Assembly (NCBI GenBank): GCA_030167145.1
Contig: CP126532.1
Location: 3,300,001 to 3,332,000 of the forward strand
Source: Ktedonobacterales bacterium
GTDB taxonomy: Bacteria; Chloroflexota; Ktedonobacteria; Ktedonobacterales; JADMIN01
DNA: 32,000 nucleotides
Direction: 5' to 3'
A model generated the notes under the pieces. It saw only the letters and a list, made by a program, of their open reading frames with translations, was not told where the DNA came from and did not search any database. Position 1 is the first letter of the stretch; every line of letters begins with the position of its first letter. Of the stretch, positions 1 to 8,722 are shown piece by piece. The translations under genes and the position numbers were made by a program.

Positions 1-41
1 TAACCGTTTGGTCGCAGGTTCGAACCCTGCTGGGCCCACCA
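1..41 (+). tRNA. 3' portion of a tRNA gene cut by the window edge, CCA encoded; isotype unresolved
   Basis: T-arm GCAGG-TTCGAAC-CCTGC at 14-30. Acceptor 3' strand TGGGCCC at 31-37, discriminator A38, CCA at 39-41. The first bases TAA fit anticodon-loop positions 36-38, so the anticodon would end in U. Confidence 0.75.
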
Positions 42-177
42 GCATCATACAACCGAACAACGAACGCAACGTAAGCAACGAACATTTCAGAACCAGAGAC
101 GCGAGCAGGGATCAGGCGGGGCACGCCATCTTGCGACGGACGCCCCGCCGCGCTGTGTCTGGCAGGAGCAAACGCAC

Positions 178-1491
178 GTGCAATTCTTCGACCGCGCCAA
201 AATCAATGTCACCGCTGGCAACGGCGGCAACGGCTCGCTGCACTTCCGCCGCGAAAAGTTCGTCCCTATGGGCGGACCCGACGGCGGCGATGGCGGACGC
301 GGCGGCAGCGTCTACCTCGAAGCAAATCAGGGCATGAACACCCTCGTAGACTACCACTATCATCCGCACCACAAAGCCAAGTCCGGTGGCGCGGGCGCGG
401 GCCAGAAGATGCATGGCGCGAAGGGCGACGATCTCGTGCTGCAAGTGCCCGTCGGCACTATCATCCGCGACGCTGAAACCAACGCCCTCATCGCCGACCT
501 CACCGAGCCTGGGCAGCGTGTGATGGTCGCGCGTGGCGGACGTGGCGGCCTCGGCAACGTCCACTTCGCCACCCCTACCAACCAGGCGCCGCGTGAAGCC
601 CAACGCGGCGAGCCAGGCCAGGAAGTTGCCCTGGAACTCGAACTCAAGCTCATCGCCGATGTCGGCCTTGTGGGCTACCCCAATGCAGGCAAATCCACCC
701 TGCTCTCCGTCGTCACTCAGGCGCGCCCCAAAATCGCCAGCTACCCGTTCACCACGCTCGTCCCCAATCTCGGCGTTGCCATCGTCGGCGACCCCACCCG
801 CCGCGACGACTACAGCTTCGTCATCGCCGACATCCCCGGCCTGATCGAAGGCGCGGCGCAGGGCGTCGGCCTCGGCCACGAGTTCCTGCGGCATGTCGAG
901 CGCACGCGCCTGCTGCTGCACCTGATTGATGGCATGTCGGAAAAAGACCCGTGGGACGAATTCGAGGCGATCAACCGCGAACTGGCCGAATATAGCGCCG
1001 ACCTCGCCGCACGCCCGCAGATTATTGTGCTGACCAAGATGGACCTGCAAGAAGCGCGCGACAAGTGGCCCGCGCTCCAGGAACGCGCCGCCGCTGCTGG
1101 CCTCTCTGCACTCGCTATCTCCTCTGCCACCAGCGAAGGTGTGCGCGAACTGATGAACGTCACCGCCGAACGTCTGCTCGAAATGCGGCGCGACGAAGCC
1201 GAGCGCAACAAACAACTCGCCGCCGAGATCTCCGCCACCGGACCTGTGCTGCGCCCGGAACCCGACGACGCCTTCACCGTCGAGCAGACGCCCACCGGCT
1301 ACCGCGTCCGTGGATACCGCATTGAGCGCATCGTCGCCATGACCATGCCCGAAAGCAGCGATGGCATGGAACGCATGGAGCGCCAGCTTCGCAAGCTCGG
1401 CGTCCTCGAAGCTCTCGAAGAGGCGGGCGTCCAGCCCGGCGACACCGTTTCCTTCGGCAAAACCGAACTCATCTGGGGCGAAGAGATGTAG
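178..1491 (+). CDS. obg: GTPase Obg/CgtA
   Basis: 437-aa ORF with a GTG start 9 nt after AGGAG (164-168). Glycine-rich Obg fold (GNGGNGSLHFRREKF, GGPDGGDGGRGGSV). G1 GYPNAGKST, G3 DIPGLIEGA, G4-like TKMD, and a C-terminal OCT-like domain. Confidence 0.95.
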   Translation: MQFFDRAKINVTAGNGGNGSLHFRREKFVPMGGPDGGDGGRGGSVYLEANQGMNTLVDYHYHPHHKAKSGGAGAGQKMHGAKGDDLVLQVPVGTIIRDAETNALIADLTEPGQRVMVARGGRGGLGNVHFATPTNQAPREAQRGEPGQEVALELELKLIADVGLVGYPNAGKSTLLSVVTQARPKIASYPFTTLVPNLGVAIVGDPTRRDDYSFVIADIPGLIEGAAQGVGLGHEFLRHVERTRLLLHLIDGMSEKDPWDEFEAINRELAEYSADLAARPQIIVLTKMDLQEARDKWPALQERAAAAGLSALAISSATSEGVRELMNVTAERLLEMRRDEAERNKQLAAEISATGPVLRPEPDDAFTVEQTPTGYRVRGYRIERIVAMTMPESSDGMERMERQLRKLGVLEALEEAGVQPGDTVSFGKTELIWGEEM

Positions 1492-1511
1492 CGCCAGCAT
1501 CCCCGCGCCGC
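1492..1511. repeat. Left copy of a perfect 20-bp direct repeat CGCCAGCATCCCCGCGCCGC
   Basis: Identical 20-mer recurs at 2308-2327. This copy starts at the first base after the obg stop codon (TAG 1489-1491). Confidence 0.9.
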
Positions 1512-1542
1512 AAGCCGCACTCTTTCTGCGCACATTTGGTGG

Positions 1543-1836
1543 TTAGGGATGCTGCAATATATCGTGTGTCCCTATGCGAAGCCACGTAATATGGACATCC
1601 CCCGCATGGGGTGATGTGCCATACGTGAACAGCGCGCGCCCATCATTGGCCCATGTCATCTCAAACACACCGGGAAGCCGACGAAATCCTTTGACCCGCA
1701 AAGCAGGATGAAATGGACGTTTGGCCTTCATGTCGGCAACCATATCGGCCACAGCGGCGAGAAACAGCGAACGCTGCTCCGGGGTAAGCTTGTCCCAATC
1801 GCGCCAAAAGCGCGGCGCTTCGTCATGTGTGGGCAT
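1543..1836 (-). CDS. RelE/YafQ-superfamily-like type II toxin (97 aa)
   Basis: Small ORF whose ATG overlaps the upstream ORF's stop (TAATG at 1834-1838). The C-terminal pattern LRVKGF..PGVFEMTWANDGRALFTYG..HITWLRIGTHDIL resembles RelE/YafQ-type toxins (strand-rich core ending in GTH). The family call is by eye only. Confidence 0.65.
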   Translation of the reverse strand: MPTHDEAPRFWRDWDKLTPEQRSLFLAAVADMVADMKAKRPFHPALRVKGFRRLPGVFEMTWANDGRALFTYGTSPHAGDVHITWLRIGTHDILQHP

Positions 1837-2153
1837 TATTGCTGCCCAGAAGCTTGTCGGTCAACCTCGCGGGCGCGCTCCAATTCTTCGTTGCTCGCCC
1901 CAAGGTGCTGGAAAAACGTTTCAGTCGAGGGATAGGTGCTGGCTTGCCCCGCGCCCGTCTCGGCCAGCGCTTCGCGCGCGCCTTCGATCCATGCGGGATC
2001 ATCCTCGAACGCCGCGTCGTATTGGGCACAAGCGCGTTCCCATGCCTCGTCCACCAGATCATTGAGCAATTCTTCAGGTGTCTGGCTCCGCTGGGCAGCC
2101 AACGCCTCGATCACGTGATATTTTTCCTCAGATACGTGCAATGTACGACCCAT
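1836..2153 (-). CDS. Putative ribbon-helix-helix antitoxin (105 aa)
   Basis: Sits upstream of and overlaps the toxin. The N-terminus RTLHVSEEKYHVIEALAAQRSQTPEELLNDLV has a strand-helix-helix layout, followed by an acidic tail. SD GGGGGAG lies about 7 nt before the ATG. Confidence 0.6.
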   Translation of the reverse strand: MGRTLHVSEEKYHVIEALAAQRSQTPEELLNDLVDEAWERACAQYDAAFEDDPAWIEGAREALAETGAGQASTYPSTETFFQHLGASNEELERAREVDRQASGQQ

Positions 2154-2307
2154 GCGGCTTCTCCCCCAACGTGGCTGGTGCTGTCTGCTCCAGTGTACCT
2201 CACGATACTATCATATGCCCACCTAGCCCTCTCATAGGGGCTTGCGTTTCACATCACATTAGGCTTGCCTTCGCGCTCATCAGCAGAGTGGGCAAGGCGC
2301 CAAGAAC

Positions 2308-2327
2308 CGCCAGCATCCCCGCGCCGC
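2308..2327. repeat. Right copy of the perfect 20-bp direct repeat CGCCAGCATCCCCGCGCCGC
   Basis: Identical to 1492-1511. Lies 53 bp upstream of the GNAT start. Confidence 0.9.
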
Positions 2328-2380
2328 CACGTTGTATACTGCCCGCAACGCATCCATAAACCACAAAACAGGAGTGAGCG

Positions 2381-2842
2381 GTGATTACCCTACAGCCAAT
2401 GACCCCCGACGAATATGCGCGCTTCAAAGCAGACATGTACGAGGATTATGCGCAGTCGCGCTCGCGCGGGATGGGCACACCCATCGAGCAAGAACGCATC
2501 GAAGGCGCCCGCCAGATTGACGAGTTGACGAAGGACGGGCTTCAGAGCGCCACCCACCACTACTGGACGCTGCGCTCAGATGTAGACGGCAATGTCGGCG
2601 TGCTCTGGGTCTTTGTCGAAGCCGAAAAGCAGCGCGCGTTCATCTACTTCATCGGCGTAGACGAAGCCTATCGCGGCAAAGGCTACGCCGCGCAGGCGCT
2701 GACCGCCCTCGAAGCCGCCGTCAAGCCGCTGGGTGCGGCGCGTATCGAACTCAACGTCTTCGGCGACAACACCACCGCCCAGCGGCTCTACCAGCGCATG
2801 GGCTACCAGCCGTCGGCCATCTTCATGCGCAAAGAGATTTGA
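2381..2842 (+). CDS. GNAT family N-acetyltransferase
   Basis: 153-aa ORF with a GTG start 6 nt after AGGAG. Acetyl-CoA motif region VDEAYRGKGYAAQAL and C-terminal AQRLYQRMGY. Confidence 0.85.
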   Translation: MITLQPMTPDEYARFKADMYEDYAQSRSRGMGTPIEQERIEGARQIDELTKDGLQSATHHYWTLRSDVDGNVGVLWVFVEAEKQRAFIYFIGVDEAYRGKGYAAQALTALEAAVKPLGAARIELNVFGDNTTAQRLYQRMGYQPSAIFMRKEI

Positions 2843-2870
2843 GCATGGTGCATCGTCTCGTGGAGTGAGG

Positions 2871-3263
2871 GTGATTGCTGTGATACGTATCCTCATTGTG
2901 GACGATGATGACAGCATACGGCAGGTGGTCAGATTGATACTCGAAGATGCGGGCTATATCATCTATGGCGAGGCCGAAGATGGACGAAAGGCCCTGACAA
3001 AATTGCGCGCCAGCCAACATCCGCTGGTCGTCGTCACAGATGACATCATGCCAACGATGTCGGGGCTAAAGATGCTTGAAATCGTCGCTGCGGATCCCGT
3101 CCTCAGCACACGCCACACCTACATCATGGCTACACCTGGTTCCATCAAAGATGCGCCCGTGCTGCGTGAACTGCATGTCCCGTGCCTCCCCATGCCATTT
3201 GATATGGACGATCTGCTCGCCGTCGTCAAACAAGCCGCCACCCGCCTGCCATCGGAGAATTGA
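2871..3263 (+). CDS. Single-domain (CheY-like) response regulator receiver, atypical
   Basis: Receiver motifs ILIVDDDDSIR and VVVTDDIMPTMSG, with Thr in YIMATPG. GTG at 2871 is preceded by GGAG/GAGG (2862-2870). The track ORF from 2733 overlaps the GNAT and is taken as a 5' over-extension. The conserved Lys position reads Met (PMPF). Confidence 0.85.
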   Translation: MIAVIRILIVDDDDSIRQVVRLILEDAGYIIYGEAEDGRKALTKLRASQHPLVVVTDDIMPTMSGLKMLEIVAADPVLSTRHTYIMATPGSIKDAPVLRELHVPCLPMPFDMDDLLAVVKQAATRLPSEN

Positions 3264-3274
3264 GCGCGCACGCT

Positions 3275-3314
3275 GGCTCTAGCGCGGCTCTAGCGCGGCT
3301 CTAGCGCGGCTCTA
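3275..3314. repeat. 11-bp tandem repeat GGCTCTAGCGC, about 3.6 copies
   Basis: CTAG recurs at 3279, 3290 and 3301 with an exact 11-bp period. The last copy supplies the Lrp/AsnC stop codon and final codons. Confidence 0.9.
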
Positions 3315-3759
3315 CAATCCGGCGCGGCACCGGCGTCGAAAGCACGATAGAGGTGCTGGATTGCCCGTACTGCGCCAGCCGGTCTATCAGCGCCTCCAGA
3401 TGTGGAATCGAAGCCACACCCACCTTGATGATGAACGAGTCCGGTCCAGCCACCCGCGCGCATTCCAGCACCTCAGCCACGTCCCGCAGTCGCTCCGCCA
3501 CCCGTGGACTCTCCTCGCGCGGCGTGCTCATCCGCATATACGCCGTGATCGGCAGCCCCGCCTTCGCCAGATTTAGTTCCGCGTGATACCCCGCGATGAT
3601 TCCCGCGTCCTCCAGCTTCCGCATCCGTTCGGTCACTGCTGGCGCGGACAGCCCCACCCGCCGCCCAAGCTCCGTATACGAGAGCCGCGCCTGCTCCTGC
3701 AACGCCACTAGCAGCCGCCAATCCGATTCGTCTAGCGGATAGATGCTTTCCGAAGTCAT
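3301..3759 (-). CDS. Lrp/AsnC family transcriptional regulator
   Basis: 152 aa. N-terminal HTH (LDESDWRLLVALQEQARLSYTELGRRVGLSAPAVTERMRKLEDAGII) plus a C-terminal RAM/AsnC_trans_reg-like domain. Divergent from the aminotransferase. Confidence 0.9.
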   Translation of the reverse strand: MTSESIYPLDESDWRLLVALQEQARLSYTELGRRVGLSAPAVTERMRKLEDAGIIAGYHAELNLAKAGLPITAYMRMSTPREESPRVAERLRDVAEVLECARVAGPDSFIIKVGVASIPHLEALIDRLAQYGQSSTSIVLSTPVPRRIVEPR

Positions 3760-3885
3760 CGTGCCATTCTGCCTTTCTTTTCGCCGTCATCCCAGCGCGA
3801 CACCTGGAAATTGCCCTGTAACCACGCGCATCTGGCCATTATACTTACAACATACAGCAGCAATCATCGCAATGGAGAACCGCAC

Positions 3886-5250
3886 ATGAGCATCACCACC
3901 ACCCCGTCTGACATCTCGCCCGTCACCGCACCGCTCAGCCTGACCCCATCCGCCCGCCAGGGGACCGCATCGGCCACGCTGGCAATCAATGAATTGGTTG
4001 CCCAGCGGCGCGCGGCGGGGCACGACACGTTGCACATGGGCTTCGGCGAAGCATCCTTTCCGTTGCACCCGACGCTGCACGCCGCCCTCGCGGATGCCGC
4101 CACGCGCACCAGCTATGCTCCCGTGCTCGGCCTCCCTGCGTTGCGCCAGGCCATCGCCGCCTATCTCGCCCGCACCCGCCAGCTCGACCTCTCCGCGAAC
4201 TCGATCATCGTTGCGCCGGGCAGCAAGCCGTTGCTCTACGCGCTGCTTCAAGTGTTGGAGGGCGATCTGCTGTTGCCCACGCCGTCATGGGTGAGCTACG
4301 CGCCGCAGGCGCGGCTTGCGGGCAAGCGTGTCATCGGCGTGGCCACCAGCCCCGACGACGCCCACCAACTCAGCGCAGCCGCGCTCTCCGCTGCCCTGGC
4401 GCAGGCTCACGCGGCGGGCGCGAACCCACGCATCCTGCTGGTCAACAGCCCCAGCAACCCCACTGGGAGCATGTTCAGCGAAGCCGATGTCGCGGCGCTG
4501 GCGGGGTGGGCGCGGGAGAACGGCATCACGCTCATCAGCGATGAGATCTACGCCGAGCTAGCCCATGGCTGGCGTGAACACATCTCTCCCGCGCGCTTCT
4601 ATCCAGAGGGGACTATCGTCACCGGCGGACTTTCCAAAGCGTTCTCGGCTGGTGGTTGGCGCTTGGGCTACGCCGCACTGCCCGCGACCGAAACCGGCGC
4701 GCGGCTGCGCGCTGCTATCCAGGCGCTTGCCAGCGAGATCTGGTCCGCCGCCGCCACGCCCATCCAGCAGGCGGCATGCGCCGCCTTCACCCCTGACGCC
4801 GAGATCGAAGCCTATGTGCGCGCTTCGGCGCGGGTTCATGGCGAGGCCGCGCATCGTATGCACACGACACTCGTAGGGCTGGACATCACCTGCCCGCGGC
4901 CCGCTGGCGCCTTCTATCTCTATCCTGACTTCGCTTCCTGGCGTCCCACTTTGGCAGTGCGCGGCATCCATACCAGCGAAGAGCTTGCGCGCCACCTGCT
5001 GGACCAGTGGAGCATCGCCACGCTTCCTGGTGTTGCCTTTGGTGATCCGCCTGACGCGCTGCGGCTGCGGCTCTCGGTCAGTATGCTCTACGGCCCCGCC
5101 ACAGCGGCCACCGGCGACGAGCACGAGGCCGCGCTCTGGCGGCTACTGGCGCAGGCTGGCGACGAGCGCACTCCGACGAGTACGCTTCCCCTACCCCTGC
5201 TCGATGCCGCATGCGCCCGCTGGAGCGAGGTCGCGCAGGCGCTGGCCTAG
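3886..5250 (+). CDS. Class I/II PLP-dependent aminotransferase
   Basis: ATG at 3886 lies 8 nt after GGAGA. Motifs NSPSNPTG, SDEIYAEL, and the PLP-lysine region GGLSKAFSAGGWRLGYA. The track start at 3811 is taken as a 5' extension. Confidence 0.9.
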   Translation: MSITTTPSDISPVTAPLSLTPSARQGTASATLAINELVAQRRAAGHDTLHMGFGEASFPLHPTLHAALADAATRTSYAPVLGLPALRQAIAAYLARTRQLDLSANSIIVAPGSKPLLYALLQVLEGDLLLPTPSWVSYAPQARLAGKRVIGVATSPDDAHQLSAAALSAALAQAHAAGANPRILLVNSPSNPTGSMFSEADVAALAGWARENGITLISDEIYAELAHGWREHISPARFYPEGTIVTGGLSKAFSAGGWRLGYAALPATETGARLRAAIQALASEIWSAAATPIQQAACAAFTPDAEIEAYVRASARVHGEAAHRMHTTLVGLDITCPRPAGAFYLYPDFASWRPTLAVRGIHTSEELARHLLDQWSIATLPGVAFGDPPDALRLRLSVSMLYGPATAATGDEHEAALWRLLAQAGDERTPTSTLPLPLLDAACARWSEVAQALA

Positions 5251-6272
5251 CTGCCGCCTGGCACGATGTCTTCGCGTCCCGTCACGGCGGCCATATCGGG
5301 CAGATGCGTGGCGGCGGAGTTGATCCGCAGTTCGTTGACCACGGTTGTTACGCCGGGGATGCCGCGCGCAATCTCCATCGCCGCCGTGCCGACCTCGACT
5401 GAGCGGATATTGCCGCGCAGGTGGGCCTCGCCCAAACGCGGATACACCCCAATGCGCTGGCCTGTGGTGCGCGCGTCGTGCGCCAGGGCCAGCGAGACAC
5501 TTGCCGCCACTTCGTTATCGGGATAGAGTTCGTTGTGCAACTCGTCCAGGCCGCTGACGTTCTGCAGCAGATTGTCTACCAGGCGGCGGTTTACGTCGCT
5601 CGCCACATTGCCGCGGAGCCACACCACGCCATCTATCACATAGATCCGCACGCCCGGCAAATCCACACGCAGGCGCGGATAATCGTAGAGCCGGTCATAG
5701 ATCTCCTGGTGTAGCTCCTTATCGCTGCGATACGGCGTGAGCTGCGCGGACCGCTTGCCGTCCAGATGTACGCCCACCTGCTTCGCCGCCAGCGCCGTGA
5801 TGAGGCCAGCATTCACCAACGACTCGCGCCCCATCCGCTCCACCACCAGATGCCGCAGCGCGTGGGTCTCACTATTGATGGTGAGTTGTTCCAGGTGGCC
5901 CAGCGCCTTGCCATCGGCATTTACCGCCGTTGCGTGCGAAAGCTCAGGACCGGCGGCCTTTGTGGATTGCTGCTGAATCTCTTCGAGGGGCACACTGACG
6001 CTCAGCGTTGTATCGTCGCCCTCCGCCAGCAGATGCGCCGGGACGTAGTAGACCTTGCCGAAGAGCATGCCGGTGCGCACGCCAGCGTGGGTAATCACGA
6101 ACCGACTGGGATCCGCGACGACCGAGACGAGCTTGCCTGCTGGTCCGTCGCTGGCCTGAACCTCAGCGTCGAAGCGCAATTTGACGACGCTCGCGTACTC
6201 CGTCGGTGTGAGTTGCATCTGTTCCACGCCCTTTATCGTAATCTCTCGCACTGCTCCGTGCGGCTGCGGCAT
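5247..6272 (-). CDS. BON domain-containing protein (two N-terminal PRC-barrel/DUF2171-like segments plus two BON domains)
   Basis: Two BON-like units: DKELHQEIYDRL..VRIYVIDGVVWLRGNVAS..VSGLDELHNEL and DNEVAASVSLAL..GEAHLRGNIRS..IPGVTTVVNELRI. An alternative start at 6218 (MQLTPTEY) has a somewhat better SD. Confidence 0.75.
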   Translation of the reverse strand: MPQPHGAVREITIKGVEQMQLTPTEYASVVKLRFDAEVQASDGPAGKLVSVVADPSRFVITHAGVRTGMLFGKVYYVPAHLLAEGDDTTLSVSVPLEEIQQQSTKAAGPELSHATAVNADGKALGHLEQLTINSETHALRHLVVERMGRESLVNAGLITALAAKQVGVHLDGKRSAQLTPYRSDKELHQEIYDRLYDYPRLRVDLPGVRIYVIDGVVWLRGNVASDVNRRLVDNLLQNVSGLDELHNELYPDNEVAASVSLALAHDARTTGQRIGVYPRLGEAHLRGNIRSVEVGTAAMEIARGIPGVTTVVNELRINSAATHLPDMAAVTGREDIVPGGS

Positions 6273-6377
6273 GTCGTTGCGCCGGTACTATGCGGGCACA
6301 AAGACGGCAGTTAACCTTCACTAGTGTAGCATGGAGCGTTCCGGCGGGGCAAGCAATGCGGGACTCTCCCGCCGCCG

Positions 6378-8549
6378 TCAATAGGTGATACTGAACTTGA
6401 ACGGCGCTTCCAGCGTTTGCTTGCCGTCGGGCAACACAACTTTGACGACGATACCCCAGTGGCCCGCCATCGCCAGATCAGTTTGCCCGCTATAGACGCC
6501 GGGGGAGCTTGGCCCCACAGCGGCGATTTGTGTGCTCTGGGTGCCCATGTCCATATCCAGCATCGTCGTCTCCACGATTACTCCGGCGTCGCTGACCGGC
6601 TTGCCACTGGCGTCCTTCACCGTCACGTTGAAGGTGTTCGCGCCAAACTTCAGCGGCGTCACATCCAGCGTGATCGTGTAGCCGCTCACCTGCGCCGTAT
6701 CGGTGAACGCGCCGCCCGTCCCTGGCCCAGCGGCGGGCGCGGAGGGCGCGAGTGATCCCGCGAAGATGCCCAGCAGCGCCACGCAGAGCAATACCGCCCC
6801 CGCTAGCAACGCCTCGCGGCGCAGCCAGTCGCGGATGCGCTCCTCCAGGGTGCGCGCCGTCGGTGGCAGGTCATCGCCACGCGGCTTCCCTCCGCCGGGC
6901 GCGCGTGGCGCGGGCGGGTCGCCGGCTGTCTCTGCGGTGTTCGCGGGCGGTGGTGTGGTCCCGGCGCTGCCCGCGCGGACCAGTGACCGCGCTTGTGCGG
7001 CATCGCCCGATGCGGCCTGCTCGTCTGGCTCCGTCACCAGCGCGCGGGCGAGACGCGGTCGCAAGAAGAACGCATGGTAGAAGCTTATCGCCACGATCAC
7101 CAGGAATAGCTCGATCTTGACTGCCAGCGTCTTGCCATAGAGCGTCGTCAAGAACTGGGAGATGGAGGTCAGGCGGATGGTGGTATTGAGCGAGCCGGTG
7201 GCCGCCAGCAGCACCGCACTGACGATGGCGAACGCGCTGAACTCCGGCAGGCCCAGCGCCAGCACGCGGGCGCGCTTGAACGACGTCAGCCCACCTAGCG
7301 CCGGAATGAAGACCAGACTAATGTAGAATAGGCCGCCAATCCAGGTCGCCTCGAAGAAGAGGTGCAGCAGATCCACGGCGATGGCATAGATGAAGGTGTT
7401 GGCGGGCACGGCGGCGGCATGGCCCGAAAGCGCGAAGGCGATCAGCAGCAGCCCTGCCAGCGCACACGCCAGCCGTCCCGCGCCGCTCTGCGCCCGCACC
7501 CCCGCGACGACCCGCGCGGGCAGCCGTGGCACGCCGCGCAGCGTCTTCACCAGCTCGCGCCGCCAATCGGGGATGCTGTCCATATCATCATCGAGATCCG
7601 CGACCGCGCCGGAGGCAGGTGTGCCTGCGCGATTCGGCAGCAGGCCGCGCGTCACCGCCAGCGCGAGAATCAGCGCCGCCAGCGCCACGCCCTCGCGCAG
7701 CCACCAGAACGCGCCGAAGCGGCTGCCAAACAAAATTGCGCTTAGCACGGTGGGCGAGATGCCGCCGGAAAGCTCAAGCGCCTGCCCCACGATGATGCCG
7801 ATGTCGGCGAGCAGCACCCCGCCGAGGGCATACGGTGCGAGACGGGCGAACCGCGCAGAACTTCTGCGTGCCGCCGCCAGCAGGTCAGGGTCGCGCCCGC
7901 CATCATTGGGGTTGAGGATCCACGTCTCCCAGAAGACGCCGCCCACCCAGAAGGTCATGAAGAGCAGCGCCAGCCAGGTGGAGATCGCCTGGAAGACCGT
8001 CGGGCCATCGAGCGTCGAGCCGCCGGGTGTGCCGATGCCCGCGCCGCCCGCGAAATGGCCGGTGGGTAGCACGGCGGGTATCGGCGGCACACTGCCGTCT
8101 GCTCTGGCGACGCGGAAGATGAACGAACTGCCGGTCACGTGGCCGTCGTCCGCAGACTGCGCCCGCCAGACGACGATATACGTGCCCGCTGGCAGCAGCG
8201 GCAGGCTGACCTCCATCTCTTTCGAGTTATCGGAGTCCACGTGGCTGTCGCCGCGATCTACCTCGCGGTTGGCAGGGTCCACCACGACGATTTTCGAGGT
8301 CAGTGGGTTGAGGTCTTCACTGAACCACGCATGCACCGCAGCGGGCGGCGCCTGGAGGATGGCGTTGGCTTTGGGGTCCGAGCGCACCAGCAGCGCATGC
8401 GCCGAGGCTACGGGCAGCGTGCGCCCTAGCGGGCCAACCGGCAGCAGCGAGAGAAACGCCAGCGCCACGCCCACCGCCAGCGCCAAACCAATGCGCAGGC
8501 CCCGTCCGCGCATCCGTGCCGATGTAGCGCGCCATCCTCGTATTCGCAT
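6378..8549 (-). CDS. Copper resistance/uptake fusion protein: CopC domain, CopD membrane domain, C-terminal YtkA/FixH-like domain
   Basis: Signal peptide ending ASA-HALLVRSDP, then a CopC fold (VHAWFSEDL, AGTYIVVWRAQSADDGHVTGSSFIFRV). A multi-TM CopD-like core follows, then a Pro/Ala/Gly-rich linker and one more TM. The C-terminal Ig-like domain carries ETTMLDMDMGTQS and MAGHWGIVVKV. An alternative start lies at 8513. Confidence 0.85.
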   Translation of the reverse strand: MRIRGWRATSARMRGRGLRIGLALAVGVALAFLSLLPVGPLGRTLPVASAHALLVRSDPKANAILQAPPAAVHAWFSEDLNPLTSKIVVVDPANREVDRGDSHVDSDNSKEMEVSLPLLPAGTYIVVWRAQSADDGHVTGSSFIFRVARADGSVPPIPAVLPTGHFAGGAGIGTPGGSTLDGPTVFQAISTWLALLFMTFWVGGVFWETWILNPNDGGRDPDLLAAARRSSARFARLAPYALGGVLLADIGIIVGQALELSGGISPTVLSAILFGSRFGAFWWLREGVALAALILALAVTRGLLPNRAGTPASGAVADLDDDMDSIPDWRRELVKTLRGVPRLPARVVAGVRAQSGAGRLACALAGLLLIAFALSGHAAAVPANTFIYAIAVDLLHLFFEATWIGGLFYISLVFIPALGGLTSFKRARVLALGLPEFSAFAIVSAVLLAATGSLNTTIRLTSISQFLTTLYGKTLAVKIELFLVIVAISFYHAFFLRPRLARALVTEPDEQAASGDAAQARSLVRAGSAGTTPPPANTAETAGDPPAPRAPGGGKPRGDDLPPTARTLEERIRDWLRREALLAGAVLLCVALLGIFAGSLAPSAPAAGPGTGGAFTDTAQVSGYTITLDVTPLKFGANTFNVTVKDASGKPVSDAGVIVETTMLDMDMGTQSTQIAAVGPSSPGVYSGQTDLAMAGHWGIVVKVVLPDGKQTLEAPFKFSITY

Positions 8550-8722
8550 AGCTCAATTACCGCTTTCTTCCCACGGTAGCGAAAAAGCTCGCCAGACGCG
8601 GGCGTTCATCGGACCCGCCGCGAACGCAAGCCACCGTGGGTGTGTCGTCTTCCTCTATTGTACGGGATAACGGCACATAGTACGCCAAAAGGATTACCCA
8701 TCCTGGCATGGGATAGCGCAGG

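Noticed and set aside
51-83. A/C-rich degenerate repeats (AACCGAAC, AACGAAC twice) just downstream of the tRNA, plus a GGCGGGGC...GCCCCGCC long-loop hairpin at 115-149.
   Set aside because: They are too short and degenerate to assign a function. This is plausibly just the tRNA trailer and obg leader, and there is no att-like duplication of the tRNA 3' end in the window.
112-1533. 473-aa ORF antisense to obg. Similar long shadow ORFs: 7390-8670(+), 10650-11675(+), 13506-14252(-), 17888-18952(+), 22826-23671(-), 27020-27754(-), 28235-28921(-), 30212-31798(+).
   Set aside because: Each lies opposite to, or in another frame of, a gene with clear family motifs. Their translations are Arg/Ala/Gly/Pro-rich and low in complexity, as expected for stop-poor off-frames in high-GC DNA.
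5247-5250. The convergent aminotransferase and BON-domain genes share the palindrome CTAG as overlapping stop codons.
   Set aside because: It is real in the sequence, but such 3'-end overlaps are common in compact genomes. No hairpin or other signal is attached to it.
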